Shown: one piece after another, positions 8,625-18,467 of the stretch | Numbering within the stretch: the first letter of the stretch is position 1 | How the letters are laid out: each line of letters begins with the position of its first letter | From: Terriglobales bacterium | GTDB taxonomy: Bacteria > Acidobacteriota > Terriglobia > Terriglobales > Acidobacteriaceae | Assembly: GCA_035632335.1 (NCBI GenBank) | Contig: DASQHA010000244.1 | Location: 16,335-80,334, forward strand | Direction of reading: 5' to 3' | DNA length: 64,000 nucleotides | Notes under the pieces: generated by a model | The model's database searches: none | What the model was told of the DNA's origin: nothing | What the model saw: only the letters and a program-made list of their open reading frames with translations | Position numbers and translations under genes: made by a program

Positions 8625-9905
8625 CTAGTACATAACATTCCAGATAATCTGCAGCCTGGTGTTCAAGAGATCATCGTTGTGCGAGACGCGATTCTTGAAC
8701 TGGTAGTCCAAGCCGATTCTGGATTTCTCTCCAAGGTATCGGAAGTACCCCAAATTGACAGCGCGGAGGTTCTGGCCAGACACCAGATCCCGATTGAACT
8801 GGTCGTAGCGCCAATAGACTTGATCTTGATGCGCAAGACGGAAGCTGGAGAAAACGGAGCCGCCCGCGGAGTGGGCCCCTGGACTGAAGCGAGGGGCGAA
8901 CTCCGGCTCCAGACCGAGAAGCGTGGAGGGCATGTTGCCGGCGACGAACTCGGCGCGGACACCAAGTCGTTTCCAGGCCCATTGAACATCGACACCGTAA
9001 AGATTCTCCCGGTTGTTGCCACGCGTACCCTCCGGCAGGAGCTGCCGTCCTAGCTGCGCCGACGCGCCGATCGCCAGGGGTAGCCGATCGAAGACCTTGC
9101 GAACCCTTAGATCGTAGTTCAGTTGCCGGTTGTTGTCGGTAAAGAAGCGATTCCCGTTGAAAGCTCCGGCGAAGAGCTGAGTGCCATGCCAGAAGCCGCC
9201 CAAGCGATCCAGTTTTGTGGTCACCATCAACCCGCGGTCCCTTTGGCCCGGAAACAAATAGCCAGCAAAAATGCCGCGCTCCGGCGATTCCCGAACGCTC
9301 GACGACTGCTGGATATCGAACCCAAACGGCTTGACGAACTGGCCAGTGCGGATGGTGACAGCATCGTTAGCATAGTATTCAACAAAGGCATCATTGACCA
9401 ATTCGACAGCGGCTCCTGCGGGGGCAGGATGGTACTGAATCTCAAATCCCATCCCGATCTTGTCGGAAATCCGCCCGGACCACCGCGATTCCATCCGTGT
9501 CAAAACAAAGTTCGAGGGCGCGCTCTGCTGAGTGCCTCCCGAGATCGGGAGCGCCTGGAACCGCGACTGAATGAACAACTCTGGACGGGCCGCCAGGCCC
9601 GATTCCCGCTCGTCCTGGGCGAGGTCAGGGCGCAGGATTTGCTCCCGGAAGGCAGTGGCGGCATCCTCGACTGGCGCCGGCGGAGCGGGGAGCACGGAGA
9701 TTGATGCAGTTGAGGTCGTACCGGGTTGCCGCAGCATTTGCACTTCAGACGTTAACCCTTCGATCGTTTTCTGAAGAGCCGCAACGCTGTTCCTGGCTTC
9801 GGCAAGCTTTCGTTCGAGGTCGGCGATGCGTTCGTCTCGATCCTGCCCGCTCACGGCTAACGGAAGGATACCAACGGCAAGAAGAAGCACCAGAATTCGA
9901 TTCAT
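8625..9905 (-). CDS. outer-membrane porin-like beta-barrel with N-terminal coiled coil
   Basis: Signal peptide MNRILVLLLAVGILPLAVSG, a coiled-coil stretch (IADLERKLAEARNSVAALQKTIEGL), then alternating beta-strand-like sequence ending in an aromatic residue (..IWNVMY). ATG 9905 overlaps the upstream stop (ATGA). Confidence 0.55.
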   Translation of the reverse strand: MNRILVLLLAVGILPLAVSGQDRDERIADLERKLAEARNSVAALQKTIEGLTSEVQMLRQPGTTSTASISVLPAPPAPVEDAATAFREQILRPDLAQDERESGLAARPELFIQSRFQALPISGGTQQSAPSNFVLTRMESRWSGRISDKIGMGFEIQYHPAPAGAAVELVNDAFVEYYANDAVTIRTGQFVKPFGFDIQQSSSVRESPERGIFAGYLFPGQRDRGLMVTTKLDRLGGFWHGTQLFAGAFNGNRFFTDNNRQLNYDLRVRKVFDRLPLAIGASAQLGRQLLPEGTRGNNRENLYGVDVQWAWKRLGVRAEFVAGNMPSTLLGLEPEFAPRFSPGAHSAGGSVFSSFRLAHQDQVYWRYDQFNRDLVSGQNLRAVNLGYFRYLGEKSRIGLDYQFKNRVSHNDDLLNTRLQIIWNVMY

Positions 9906-10324
9906 GTTGCAACTCGCTTGTTGCACTCGGCAAATAGCGCATCGTAAACAATGAATTCTTGCGCGAGGATGTCGCGATCGGCTAGGCCAAGCGCACTGAA
10001 ACCGTGCGCGATCCAGCGAAGACCTTCGCCCGCGGGGTGCGGGTTACTCGGGTGGGAGTCGGCTGCGCGAACGATCTGCGCCAGAAGCGCGAGAGCCAAG
10101 TCTGTCAGCTCGTACTTTCTCAGGATCGCGTCGAATGAAACTTCTTCGCCGTGATGTCCGAGTTCACAGCCGGGAACATCATAGACAATCCCATCCTGAA
10201 TGCTTGCCCAGTCGGTGTCGTGGGGAAGAAAAATGAATTCCGCATCCGGATCGACGAACTTCTTGATGAGCCAGGGGCAGGCTACTCGATCAACCTTGAC
10301 TCTTTCTCTGGTGATCCACTTCAT
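9902..10324 (-). CDS. ChrB C-terminal (chromate resistance) domain protein
   Basis: N-terminus MKWITRERVKVDRVACPWLIKKFVDPDAEFIFLP...ELGHHGEEVSFDAILRKY matches my memory of the Chrome_Resist/ChrB_C family. ATGA overlaps at both ends. Confidence 0.7.
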   Translation of the reverse strand: MKWITRERVKVDRVACPWLIKKFVDPDAEFIFLPHDTDWASIQDGIVYDVPGCELGHHGEEVSFDAILRKYELTDLALALLAQIVRAADSHPSNPHPAGEGLRWIAHGFSALGLADRDILAQEFIVYDALFAECNKRVAT

Positions 10325-10983
10325 ACTGAGACCTCCTTGCCCTCTCGCAGCAGAAGTGCTCTGGTTCCGATTCTCCTCACCTCTTCCGTGCTATGCGTGA
10401 CATAGACGAGTGTGAATGCGAGTTGAGAATGCAAATCCAGGAGATGGCCGCAGAGCTCGTCTTTCAAGTCGTCATCGAGGTTGGAAAGGGGCTCGTCCAT
10501 CAGGAGCGCCAGTGGTTGCGCAACCAAGGCTCGGGCGATGGCGACCCGTTGCTGCTGACCTCCGGACAGACGTGCCGGATACGTCCCACTGAACTCATCG
10601 AGCCGAACGTGTGTCAGCACTTCGCCGATCCGCTGCTTGCGAACGCCCGCAATGAGGCCCTGTGTTTTCAAAGCAAATTCGAGGTTCTGATAGACGGTTA
10701 GATGCGGCCATAGTGCAAGGTCCTGGAAAACCATTCCCAATCTCCTAGACTCCGGGCCGACGTGGATCTTCCCTTTACTCGCAACTTCCTGGCCGCCGAT
10801 TCGAATCGCGCCTTCGTCGGGAGCGAGAAAGCCCGCCAATAAGCGAAGAACTGTCGTCTTCCCACAACCCGATGGGCCGTGGATCGTGATTCTCTCTCCT
10901 TCTTCGATTTGGAACGAAAGATGAGAGACAACAGTGCGGTCGCCATACCTCTTCGAGACTTCCTGAAATTCGATTGCGCTCAT
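10321..10983 (-). CDS. ABC transporter ATP-binding protein
   Basis: Walker A GPSGCGKTT, signature LSGGQQQRVAIARAL, Walker B LLMDEPLSNLD. Start set at ATG 10983 (MSAIEFQEV...), which overlaps the permease stop (ATGA). The 91 upstream codons of the ORF track are not protein-like. Confidence 0.9.
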   Translation of the reverse strand: MSAIEFQEVSKRYGDRTVVSHLSFQIEEGERITIHGPSGCGKTTVLRLLAGFLAPDEGAIRIGGQEVASKGKIHVGPESRRLGMVFQDLALWPHLTVYQNLEFALKTQGLIAGVRKQRIGEVLTHVRLDEFSGTYPARLSGGQQQRVAIARALVAQPLALLMDEPLSNLDDDLKDELCGHLLDLHSQLAFTLVYVTHSTEEVRRIGTRALLLREGKEVSV

Positions 10984-12581
10984 ACCGGCTTGCTCCAAAC
11001 ACGCCACGCCACTCCCAGCGCGCCGAGCGGCAAGAGAGCTAGTAAGACGGCGAGCACACAGAGAGCCGCAATCAGTTCCGGCGAACCGTTGGCCATCAAA
11101 GTCATGGTGCGGGCGGTGAGCGTATCGCGACCGGGAGGCGCCACCAGAAGAGGAAGGGCGACGTCTCGTAGACAGAAGACAAAAGTGACAGCCCACGCCG
11201 CCACCAGCACTGGCCGCACGACAGGCGCTAGAATCCCGAACACCCGGCGGAACCACCCCACCCCGGCTACTTCCGCAGCTTCCTCCAGAGAAGGAGACAC
11301 TTGGGAAAAACCAGCCACAACAATGCGGACGCTAAGTGCAGCGTACTGCGCGACAAAACCGATAAGGAGAATCGCCGGCGTCGCATAGATCCAGTTCGTG
11401 GATGCATGATTCCACAATGCGATCAGTCCGATGGCGATGACCGTCCCTGGAAGCGTGAACAAGAAAAGGGTGAGCGTGTCCAGCCACCACCAGCCCGGTA
11501 GAGAGCGCCTGTGTACCACATAAGCGAGGAAGAATCCGAGCACGCAAAGCACACTGGCCGAAACACCTGCGTAGAGGACACTCCGCATCGCACTGCCCCC
11601 AGCCCGCTGGACAGCGTCGCTGAGCGCGTTGATCGACGAGCCACGCCAGAGGACGCCGCCGAGAGGCATCCCGACCAGGATGACCGCCAGCGCGATCACC
11701 GCGAGAAGCACAAGCGGCTTTTTTCGCCCCAAAGGAATTCGTTCAAAGGCTGGTTGACCTCCCCACCGAAACGAATATGTCTTTCGATGAAGAACGCTCT
11801 CGATGGCGAGCAGTCCCGCAAATACCACTGCGATCATAGGCATTGCCGCCGCAGTTGCGGCGCCGAAGTTGTAGAAGGCCGACGACTGCGTGAAACTTGC
11901 GACCGGGAACACACTGAGACGCAGAAACGCGGGCGCGCCAAACTCTCCCATGCTCAAGAGGAAGACCAAGACCAGCGACAGCACGATGCCTGGCATGATG
12001 AGAGGTATCGTGATCCGCCTGATCACGTCAGGCCAGCCACACGATATTCGTCCGGCTTCTTCAAGACTGGGATTCAGGCCTTGCAAATAGGTGATCGTGA
12101 GCAGCAGTACGATCGGCAGGAAGGCCGACGCGAGCACCAGCACAGCGCCGGGCAGCCCGAACAGCCACCGCGAAGTCGTTTCGCCGGCCGCCAGCCCGAT
12201 CCAGCGAGTCAAGATTCCCCCACGACCGAGGATCTCGAACCAGCCCACGGCGAGGATGTAAGGCGGAAAGAGCAAAGGCAAAGAGAAAATCACTGCAAGA
12301 GAGCTGCTCAACGGGAGATCTGTCCTCGCCACGAGGATGCCCAGCGCCACTCCGGCCAGCCCGGCAACGGCCGTCGTCAAGGTGGCAAGCAACAGGCTGT
12401 TGCGAAACAAGACCCAGGTCCGCGCGTTGCCGAGCACTTCCACGTAGTTCCTTACGCTAAAGCCGCCGTCCACCCACAAGCTGGAACCAATCATCAAGCA
12501 GAGCGGGAGCAAGCCGACGACGCCGAAGACCAAGGCGGCTGCGACAAGCGTGGTCCGTTTTGCGTTCAGTAGCCCACCCAT
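10980..12581 (-). CDS. ABC transporter permease, two-domain Fe(III)/FbpB-like
   Basis: 533 aa and about 12 TM spans in two homologous halves, as in iron(III)-type importer permeases. Confidence 0.8.
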   Translation of the reverse strand: MGGLLNAKRTTLVAAALVFGVVGLLPLCLMIGSSLWVDGGFSVRNYVEVLGNARTWVLFRNSLLLATLTTAVAGLAGVALGILVARTDLPLSSSLAVIFSLPLLFPPYILAVGWFEILGRGGILTRWIGLAAGETTSRWLFGLPGAVLVLASAFLPIVLLLTITYLQGLNPSLEEAGRISCGWPDVIRRITIPLIMPGIVLSLVLVFLLSMGEFGAPAFLRLSVFPVASFTQSSAFYNFGAATAAAMPMIAVVFAGLLAIESVLHRKTYSFRWGGQPAFERIPLGRKKPLVLLAVIALAVILVGMPLGGVLWRGSSINALSDAVQRAGGSAMRSVLYAGVSASVLCVLGFFLAYVVHRRSLPGWWWLDTLTLFLFTLPGTVIAIGLIALWNHASTNWIYATPAILLIGFVAQYAALSVRIVVAGFSQVSPSLEEAAEVAGVGWFRRVFGILAPVVRPVLVAAWAVTFVFCLRDVALPLLVAPPGRDTLTARTMTLMANGSPELIAALCVLAVLLALLPLGALGVAWRVWSKPV

Positions 12582-13582
12582 TGTTTGAGAATTGGCTGAA
12601 TGGCTTGGAGCTTGGTGCCGAGATCTGCGTAATTGACCCTCATCGTCTTGATCTGCTCAATCGGCTTGATCTCTTTCGGCGTTGCCACGCCGGGGTGCAA
12701 TGGGATTTGGGCACAGTCCGCAAACGCCAGCTTGCGTTCGGTCTCCTTCGAGACCAGGTACTCGATCAGCTTTTTCCCGTTATCCGCGTTCGGCCCGCCA
12801 CGAATCAGAGCGACAGCGTTCGGGAGGATCAATACCCCTACTTCACCTTCGCCCTGGTCGGGATAAACGATTTCCAGGGGCTTGCCATGGCGGAGGCGGT
12901 CGACAGCATCATCACTATCGACGAGCGCAAACTCGAACTCACCCGAAGCGACGAAATCGGCACTCTCCCCATTGCTTCCCGCAAGCTTCACCTTGTTTGC
13001 CTTCAGTCCGTCCAAAAACTGCTTGCCCTTTTGGTCGCCCCACACCGAGAACAAGGCGGCCATCTGAGCAGTTGTAGTCCCGAACAACGGATTGGCGATG
13101 ACGCCTTTGCCCTTTGTTTTGGGATCCCCATAGTCGAGTACGCTGGTGGGTTTGTTGCTGGCACTTTTGTTAACCACCAACAAACGCGCGCGCGCGGAGA
13201 AGCCAGTCCAGTAACCTTGTGGGTCCTTGAACTGATCTGGGATCTGCTCAGCACTCGCCGGACGGAACGGTGCCGAAATCCCCTGCTGGCGGAGGACATC
13301 CGCGCGGACTGGCTCGTTCGCCCAGTAGACATCGGCCTGAGGGTTGTTCTTCTCGGCCAACAAGCGGTTCATGACCCCCGTGCTCTTGGCCTCTTCGGTA
13401 TCGAATACCGCGTTGACCTTGATGCCCGTCTCGCGTTCGAAGTCCCTCAGGATCGGTTCAGAGAAGACCTGGTCTTCGCTGACGTAGACGGTAACCGTGT
13501 TTGTCCGGGTGGTGCTGCACCCCGCCAGCGCCAATCCGGCGGCCACCAGCCAAACCACCCGGCTCACTGTGCGACCCGCCAT
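12566..13582 (-). CDS. periplasmic substrate-binding lipoprotein, Fe(III)/FbpA-IdiA-like
   Basis: Lipobox LALAGC after start ATG 13582. Family-1 solute-binding-protein pattern (VTVYVSEDQVF..PIL..FE..TGIKV..., DVYWANEP). The antisense ORF 12560..13645 is a shadow. Confidence 0.8.
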   Translation of the reverse strand: MAGRTVSRVVWLVAAGLALAGCSTTRTNTVTVYVSEDQVFSEPILRDFERETGIKVNAVFDTEEAKSTGVMNRLLAEKNNPQADVYWANEPVRADVLRQQGISAPFRPASAEQIPDQFKDPQGYWTGFSARARLLVVNKSASNKPTSVLDYGDPKTKGKGVIANPLFGTTTAQMAALFSVWGDQKGKQFLDGLKANKVKLAGSNGESADFVASGEFEFALVDSDDAVDRLRHGKPLEIVYPDQGEGEVGVLILPNAVALIRGGPNADNGKKLIEYLVSKETERKLAFADCAQIPLHPGVATPKEIKPIEQIKTMRVNYADLGTKLQAIQPILKQWVGY

Positions 13583-14790
13583 GGTGAGAACTGCGGCCAA
13601 GTCTTTAGTGCATCCGTGGCCCATTGGACGGTCTTATCCGTGTGACACGAATTGCAAGAATTCGGGACCTTTAGCGTTTCCGTCGCGGAAGGCGGAATGA
13701 ATTTGAACGTATGGCTCCGAATATTGATGTCAGCGATCTGCAGCTCGATCTTCGGCATGTGGCACGCCACACAGTCGTTGCCGGCGGAGCCAGCCTGGTG
13801 ATGAGTGTGTTGTTCGATAGTCGCGGCGCGAGGCCCATTCGGTGAGTTCGGCCCGTGGCATTGGAGGCACATGACGCTTGCGGGTTTCAAAAGTAAGGCG
13901 TTGTTTTCAGTCCCATGCACATCGTGACAATTGAAGCACTTCACCCCGTGCGTGTACATGACGCTGGTAACGAAGTCATTGCCTTGCATGCGATTCTTGT
14001 GTGCTGTTCCATCCGCGAAATGCGTGAACGTCGTCTCGCCCAGGTTGTGCGGTTCCAATTTCCAGAAGTTCTTGAGATCCAGGCCCACATGGAATCCCAC
14101 CGGCCAGTCGTACTGCTTCCCCTCGATCGGGTTTGTGAGTGGCCGGCCTTGAGAGTGGCATTGAATGCAGACGTTGTTGGCCTGAACATAATCCAAACGC
14201 GCAGGATTCACAATGTTGGCCCGTGACGGCCGCCGCACATGTTCGCTTCCGGGGCCATGGCACTTCTCGCAGCCCACATTCCATTCCGTGACGGTCTTCG
14301 TTTGGATGTTGTAGTTCACGGCATGGCAGCCGTCACAGAGTGGGCCAGTCGGGCGTGCAGAGACTTCCTGTGGGTAGAGTTTGCTCCACCAATCCGACAC
14401 AGTCGTTATGTTGTATGCACGCCAGACTTGGTGACTCACATCCCACTGCGCGCCCAGAGGGAAGTAGTCATCACCGACCTTCTGAAAGTATCGCTGCTTC
14501 CATTTGGTCCCATACACTTGTGCAATGTCCTCGAGCTTAAAGGTCAGCAGCGGGTCGGCCTTGGTGAGATCAGGGAGGATAACCTCCGGGTGAGCCGTCG
14601 GATCGGTCACGACGTTCGCCATCCGCGTCTTGGTCCAGCGTTCGTACTTCTCGGAATGGCAAGTCTTGCAGGCGGTTGAGCCTACGTATGTGGCGGACAG
14701 CCCTTGAGGTGGGCTCACTGGCTGCGCGTAGAGAGTCGTCGACAACGCAGCCACACTGGCGCTGCAAAGGAATTTTCGAATTATGCTCAT
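13564..14790 (-). CDS. octaheme c-type cytochrome, secreted
   Basis: Eight CXXCH motifs: CKTCH, CDGCH, CEKCH, CIQCH, CFNCH, CLQCH, CVACH, CNSCH. Signal peptide MSIIRKFLCSASVAALSTTLYA. ATG 14790 is preceded by AGGAG. Confidence 0.9.
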   Translation of the reverse strand: MSIIRKFLCSASVAALSTTLYAQPVSPPQGLSATYVGSTACKTCHSEKYERWTKTRMANVVTDPTAHPEVILPDLTKADPLLTFKLEDIAQVYGTKWKQRYFQKVGDDYFPLGAQWDVSHQVWRAYNITTVSDWWSKLYPQEVSARPTGPLCDGCHAVNYNIQTKTVTEWNVGCEKCHGPGSEHVRRPSRANIVNPARLDYVQANNVCIQCHSQGRPLTNPIEGKQYDWPVGFHVGLDLKNFWKLEPHNLGETTFTHFADGTAHKNRMQGNDFVTSVMYTHGVKCFNCHDVHGTENNALLLKPASVMCLQCHGPNSPNGPRAATIEQHTHHQAGSAGNDCVACHMPKIELQIADINIRSHTFKFIPPSATETLKVPNSCNSCHTDKTVQWATDALKTWPQFSPWRVAQ

Positions 14791-14800
14791 GGTAACGCTC

Positions 14801-15124
14801 CTAGATGTTTTGCCAACTACAACCTGGTTTTCGTCTTTCGCAACTGGTTCCCGGCGGAGCCGTCCGTCGCGAAGGATCACCCTGCGGAACGGCGTCGCAG
14901 GAGGTAAGGGCGTGGCGACGGAAGTAGCGAAGCGAACCCTTGCCGCCGAGCACCGTTCTGCGAACAGACGCCCGACTGACGGACGGCGCAGTGGGAACCA
15001 GATGTCTGGATTGCAGCTTTCCACGTTTGCAGGTACCTGCGACTGGTTTTGCAGGCACCTGGGACTGCGCGGAAGCCGCCAATCCAAGCGCAAGTGTCAA
15101 AACAAAAGATTGCCAAGTTCTCAT
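14801..15124 (-). CDS. candidate small secreted basic Cys-containing protein (107 aa)
   Basis: Its ATG overlaps the stop of the upstream cytochrome gene (ATGA). N-terminus MRTWQSFVLTLALGLAASA-QS looks like a Sec signal. The stop TAG is embedded in the AGGAG of the next gene. The mature part is unusually Arg-rich, so coding status is uncertain. Confidence 0.3.
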   Translation of the reverse strand: MRTWQSFVLTLALGLAASAQSQVPAKPVAGTCKRGKLQSRHLVPTAPSVSRASVRRTVLGGKGSLRYFRRHALTSCDAVPQGDPSRRTAPPGTSCERRKPGCSWQNI

Positions 15125-16410
15125 CGGCTAGCCCGTCGCGCCACCTCCATGGGTAGCGATGTGCGATTCATGGTGGTTTGGTCTTCGGTGAACTTCGGGT
15201 CGTTGTAGCGATTCAGGTCATAGATGAGAGTCGCGTGGATCGTGTACGTTCCGGGCTTTAGAACAGGCTCCCATACGACGATCCGCTCTTCGCCTGCACG
15301 GATTGAGCTCTCATGCGGACCCTGAGCATCCGCCTGCGTAGCCGCGACCGCATCCTTGCGCGTTTTGTCTTCATCGAGGAACTTGCGATCGTCTGGCCGG
15401 TCGCCATACCAGGGGGCGAAAAGCCACTCCTGCCTCGCGACGACCGCACCCTTGGCGTTGACTGCTTCGGTCCGGAGATAGAGGCCCCGGCGGTTTGAGC
15501 CGGTAGGCACCGAATGGCCAGATCCTATGTTGACGAGATGGAATTCCAGGCTTGATTTTCCCTTCTCCGGCTGCAGCAGCACCAGGCTGAGCGCGGCGCC
15601 GAGCCGCTGCGGGGAGTGGCCACCCGTCCATAGATGTCGAGAAACTGCTCGCACGGGCACATCAAATTCTTCAGCCGCCTTACGAAGAGTTCGCGGCATG
15701 TGGCAATCCTGGCACTGTTGACTCCCCAGGCCCGGATTGTGGAAGTCTTCTCGCCATTCCAGGAAGGTCTGGGTTTGCTTGCCCACGACGCGCTTCCCAA
15801 GGCTGTGGCAGTAAGCGCACATCGCAGCACTCTGCATATTCGGATCGGCTACAGTCGAGTGAGGAGCATCGACTTTATAGGGTCCACGTATTTTCCCTTC
15901 TTGCGTTAGGTGACAACTGGCGCAGGTTAGTCCAACTGCCTCCTGGCCCTTTGGACGGGCAGCAGGCTTCACAGTCTCTGGATTATCGATCGGCGGTATG
16001 GCGAAGGGCTCGGGGTAATGGCATACGTCACAGGAACGGCCTTCTTCTTCGACATCACGGGCATGAATTGGGAATGGATCCACGCCGGCGACGGCGTGGG
16101 CAGTTGCGCCAGATGCCACGTTGGCAGGCAGAACCAAGCGGCTCTCCTTCACAGACTGATCGATCATGCCCTTGAATTTCAAGTCCGCTCCAAAACCCCA
16201 AGCGAACTCGCGGTAGATCGCTTGATGGCAAGCCCCACAGTTCTCCGATGGTGTCGCCGTGCCCAATGGGAACTCAGAAAACGTCTGGGCGGACTTTTCC
16301 GGCACTGTGATCGCGGGGCCCGCATTGGCCGTATTCGGCCGCTGTCCACGTACGGGCGCCGAAATCGCGGCCGCGACGATCAAAGCAACAATACGCAGTT
16401 TACTGCTCAT
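15121..16410 (-). CDS. pentaheme c-type cytochrome with C-terminal non-heme domain, secreted
   Basis: Five CXXCH motifs: CGACH, CDVCH, CASCH, CAYCH, CQDCH. Signal peptide MSSKLRIVALIVAAAISAP. ATG 16410 overlaps the upstream stop (ATGA). Confidence 0.9.
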   Translation of the reverse strand: MSSKLRIVALIVAAAISAPVRGQRPNTANAGPAITVPEKSAQTFSEFPLGTATPSENCGACHQAIYREFAWGFGADLKFKGMIDQSVKESRLVLPANVASGATAHAVAGVDPFPIHARDVEEEGRSCDVCHYPEPFAIPPIDNPETVKPAARPKGQEAVGLTCASCHLTQEGKIRGPYKVDAPHSTVADPNMQSAAMCAYCHSLGKRVVGKQTQTFLEWREDFHNPGLGSQQCQDCHMPRTLRKAAEEFDVPVRAVSRHLWTGGHSPQRLGAALSLVLLQPEKGKSSLEFHLVNIGSGHSVPTGSNRRGLYLRTEAVNAKGAVVARQEWLFAPWYGDRPDDRKFLDEDKTRKDAVAATQADAQGPHESSIRAGEERIVVWEPVLKPGTYTIHATLIYDLNRYNDPKFTEDQTTMNRTSLPMEVARRASR

Positions 16411-17333
16411 AGCTTTGTCCCTGAGGGCGAAATCGCACCGACCTCGATATCGAGCACATATCGAAGCGCCCTGGCCAGTTCGAGAGCTGTTGCTTGGCCC
16501 CAAAACCGAACAAATACGAACTGCGGTTGTTCGCCAAATGTGTGATTACGAATCGAGGCGATGTTGATACCCTTCGCTCGAAGGGCCGTGAGAACCTTCT
16601 TTAGGTCATCCGCGGTTTCAACAAATTCGCCTTGGGCTACGGCGCGATCATTGGTGCCCGCGAATGAAACCCATGTGCTCATACCCATCTCTCGCCCGAC
16701 CTGCTCCCCGTGGAGCACTGCCCTCTTTCCGATTGCAGCCTGATACACACCTCCGACTACAGTGCCTTTCATCGAAAGGACGGTATCCAATGGCCCGGCA
16801 TCGATTGCGCTCGATATCGGTACAGCAGGAAGCGCGGACTTCGGTCGAGATGTGGTTCTCCGGACGCGTCGAACCTCATCGAGTCCTTTGCGAAATGCGC
16901 CGGCAAGGTTCTGAAACGTGCCGACCCCTGTGACCTCAAGGACTTGAACACGAGGCCCATCGAAGACAGGTGATGGGGCCAAGCCTGTTACTTCCAACCC
17001 GGCATCGAGCACTACGGCGAGTACAGCGTTTGCTTCATCGTCGAGCAGAAGGAATTGGCCGGTGAGAACCGCCTCGTGATGGATTGCCGACGTAAGAGCT
17101 ACCCACGAATTCAGGCTTAGATTTGGAGACAGCGTTCGATCGTCGGTGACGATCGTGGCTTCCTCTCTCGGGAAAATTACCTTGTAAACACCCTCGCCAG
17201 ACACATACGAGCCTTTACCGCCGGTGATGCGGTCAATCGAGGTGCGAACCTGCTGAGGAACTTCGGCCGTTGCCACCGTCGAGAATACAACAGCCACGGT
17301 GCTGAACAACAGACTGGTAAAGATACGATGCAT
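16407..17333 (-). CDS. LppY/LpqO-like family protein (two-repeat secreted protein)
   Basis: Signal peptide. Two internal repeats with NSW.A.....A...G...L...E...V...L...G..[IV]T.. patterns. Paralogous to 24766..25743. The family name is from memory. Confidence 0.65.
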   Translation of the reverse strand: MHRIFTSLLFSTVAVVFSTVATAEVPQQVRTSIDRITGGKGSYVSGEGVYKVIFPREEATIVTDDRTLSPNLSLNSWVALTSAIHHEAVLTGQFLLLDDEANAVLAVVLDAGLEVTGLAPSPVFDGPRVQVLEVTGVGTFQNLAGAFRKGLDEVRRVRRTTSRPKSALPAVPISSAIDAGPLDTVLSMKGTVVGGVYQAAIGKRAVLHGEQVGREMGMSTWVSFAGTNDRAVAQGEFVETADDLKKVLTALRAKGINIASIRNHTFGEQPQFVFVRFWGQATALELARALRYVLDIEVGAISPSGTKL

Positions 17334-17366
17334 AACTACCTCTTTGAACGACTTCTGAAGCGACCA

Positions 17367-18467
17367 TTACTTTGCAGCCGCCTTGGGTTGCACACGAGTG
17401 CCGGCGCGTAGTTCGTCGGTGCCGCGCCTGGCAACCAGGTCTCCACCCTTCAGACTTCCAAACACCTCAACCAACGGCCCGACGGCGGGTCCTCGTGCAA
17501 CCGGCACCCATTCCACTACTCCGTCCTTCACCCGAATGACGAACGTTTGTTCGGTGGTAGTCACAATGCTCGTGGGCGGAACCAGAAGAGACGGCTTAGG
17601 ATTCCGAACGGGCCACCGAACCTCGGGGTACATGCCGGGCGCCAGTCTCAAGCCAGGGTTATTCACGTCAAGTTCCACAGCCATGGTCCTGGTCTTGTCA
17701 TCGAGGGAATGTGAAATGCGGGAGATTACGCCACGGAACGTCTCGCCTGGAAACGCCGGCAAAGTAAAGGGAACCTGAGCTCCATTCATGATGGCGCCAA
17801 CAACAGCCTCCGGCACAGCCACCACCAGCCGAAGACGGGAGGTTTGATGCAGTCTTAGCAATGGAGTCGAGCCGGAACCAGAACCCGGGCCAACGAGGGC
17901 GCCAGGGTGGGCATCCCGCTCCACGATGACCCCATCAAATGGAGCCGTAATTGTGAGGTACTGCTCAAGATCTTTCAGCGACCGAATCGACGCTTGGGCA
18001 GCCTTGAGAGTGCCGTCATAGGAATTCACGCTCGCCCGAGCCGCCTCTACGGCTTTTTCCGCGACCATGAGGTCGTTACCCGCTACCACTCCGGGGGTTG
18101 CCGAAGCCGCTTTCAGACTATCGTATGTACTCTCAAACGAAGCCAGCTTAGCTTCCGCCTCGGCTCTTTGCAGCTGGATTGACTGAGCCTTGGACTCAGC
18201 CTCCACTATTTGCGTTTGCATCTCCGGCGCCTCGAGTGTCGCCAGCGTCTCCCCTTCTTTCACAACGCTGCCTCGGTCCACGTTGATTTTCTTCACGAAG
18301 CCGGTCACTTTGGCGTGAATGGGAACAGTCAGATACGGTAGAATCTCTCCCGGCAAGCGTATTTCCCGTTCAATCATCTTCGCTTGTACGGGGACCACCT
18401 CCACGGGCGCTTGCGCCAGAAGAGATGTCAGGAACAATAAAGGAATTAGTATTCTATGTGCGTTCAT
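17367..18467 (-). CDS. efflux RND periplasmic adaptor (MFP/HlyD family)
   Basis: Signal or anchor segment, lipoyl-like and coiled-coil segments (TLATLEAPE...[12 protein letters not shown]), and a beta-barrel domain. Confidence 0.9.
   Translation of the reverse strand: MNAHRILIPLLFLTSLLAQAPVEVVPVQAKMIEREIRLPGEILPYLTVPIHAKVTGFVKKINVDRGSVVKEGETLATLEAPEMQTQIVEAESKAQSIQLQRAEAEAKLASFESTYDSLKAASATPGVVAGNDLMVAEKAVEAARASVNSYDGTLKAAQASIRSLKDLEQYLTITAPFDGVIVERDAHPGALVGPGSGSGSTPLLRLHQTSRLRLVVAVPEAVVGAIMNGAQVPFTLPAFPGETFRGVISRISHSLDDKTRTMAVELDVNNPGLRLAPGMYPEVRWPVRNPKPSLLVPPTSIVTTTEQTFVIRVKDGVVEWVPVARGPAVGPLVEVFGSLKGGDLVARRGTDELRAGTRVQPKAAAK

Noticed and set aside
11511-12572. 353-codon plus-strand ORF
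   Set aside because: It is antisense to the ABC permease. The product is extremely Arg/Glu/Asp/His/Gln-rich, with no hydrophobic core.
12560-13645. 361-codon plus-strand ORF
   Set aside because: It is a mirror image of the solute-binding-protein gene 12566..13582, which has a lipobox and clear family resemblance. It is a typical high-GC antisense ORF.
13564-15093. Long form of the octaheme cytochrome ORF (start at 15093)
   Set aside because: The extra 101 N-terminal codons are Arg/Pro-rich and precede a perfect signal peptide that begins at ATG 14790 with an AGGAG RBS, so the short form is preferred.
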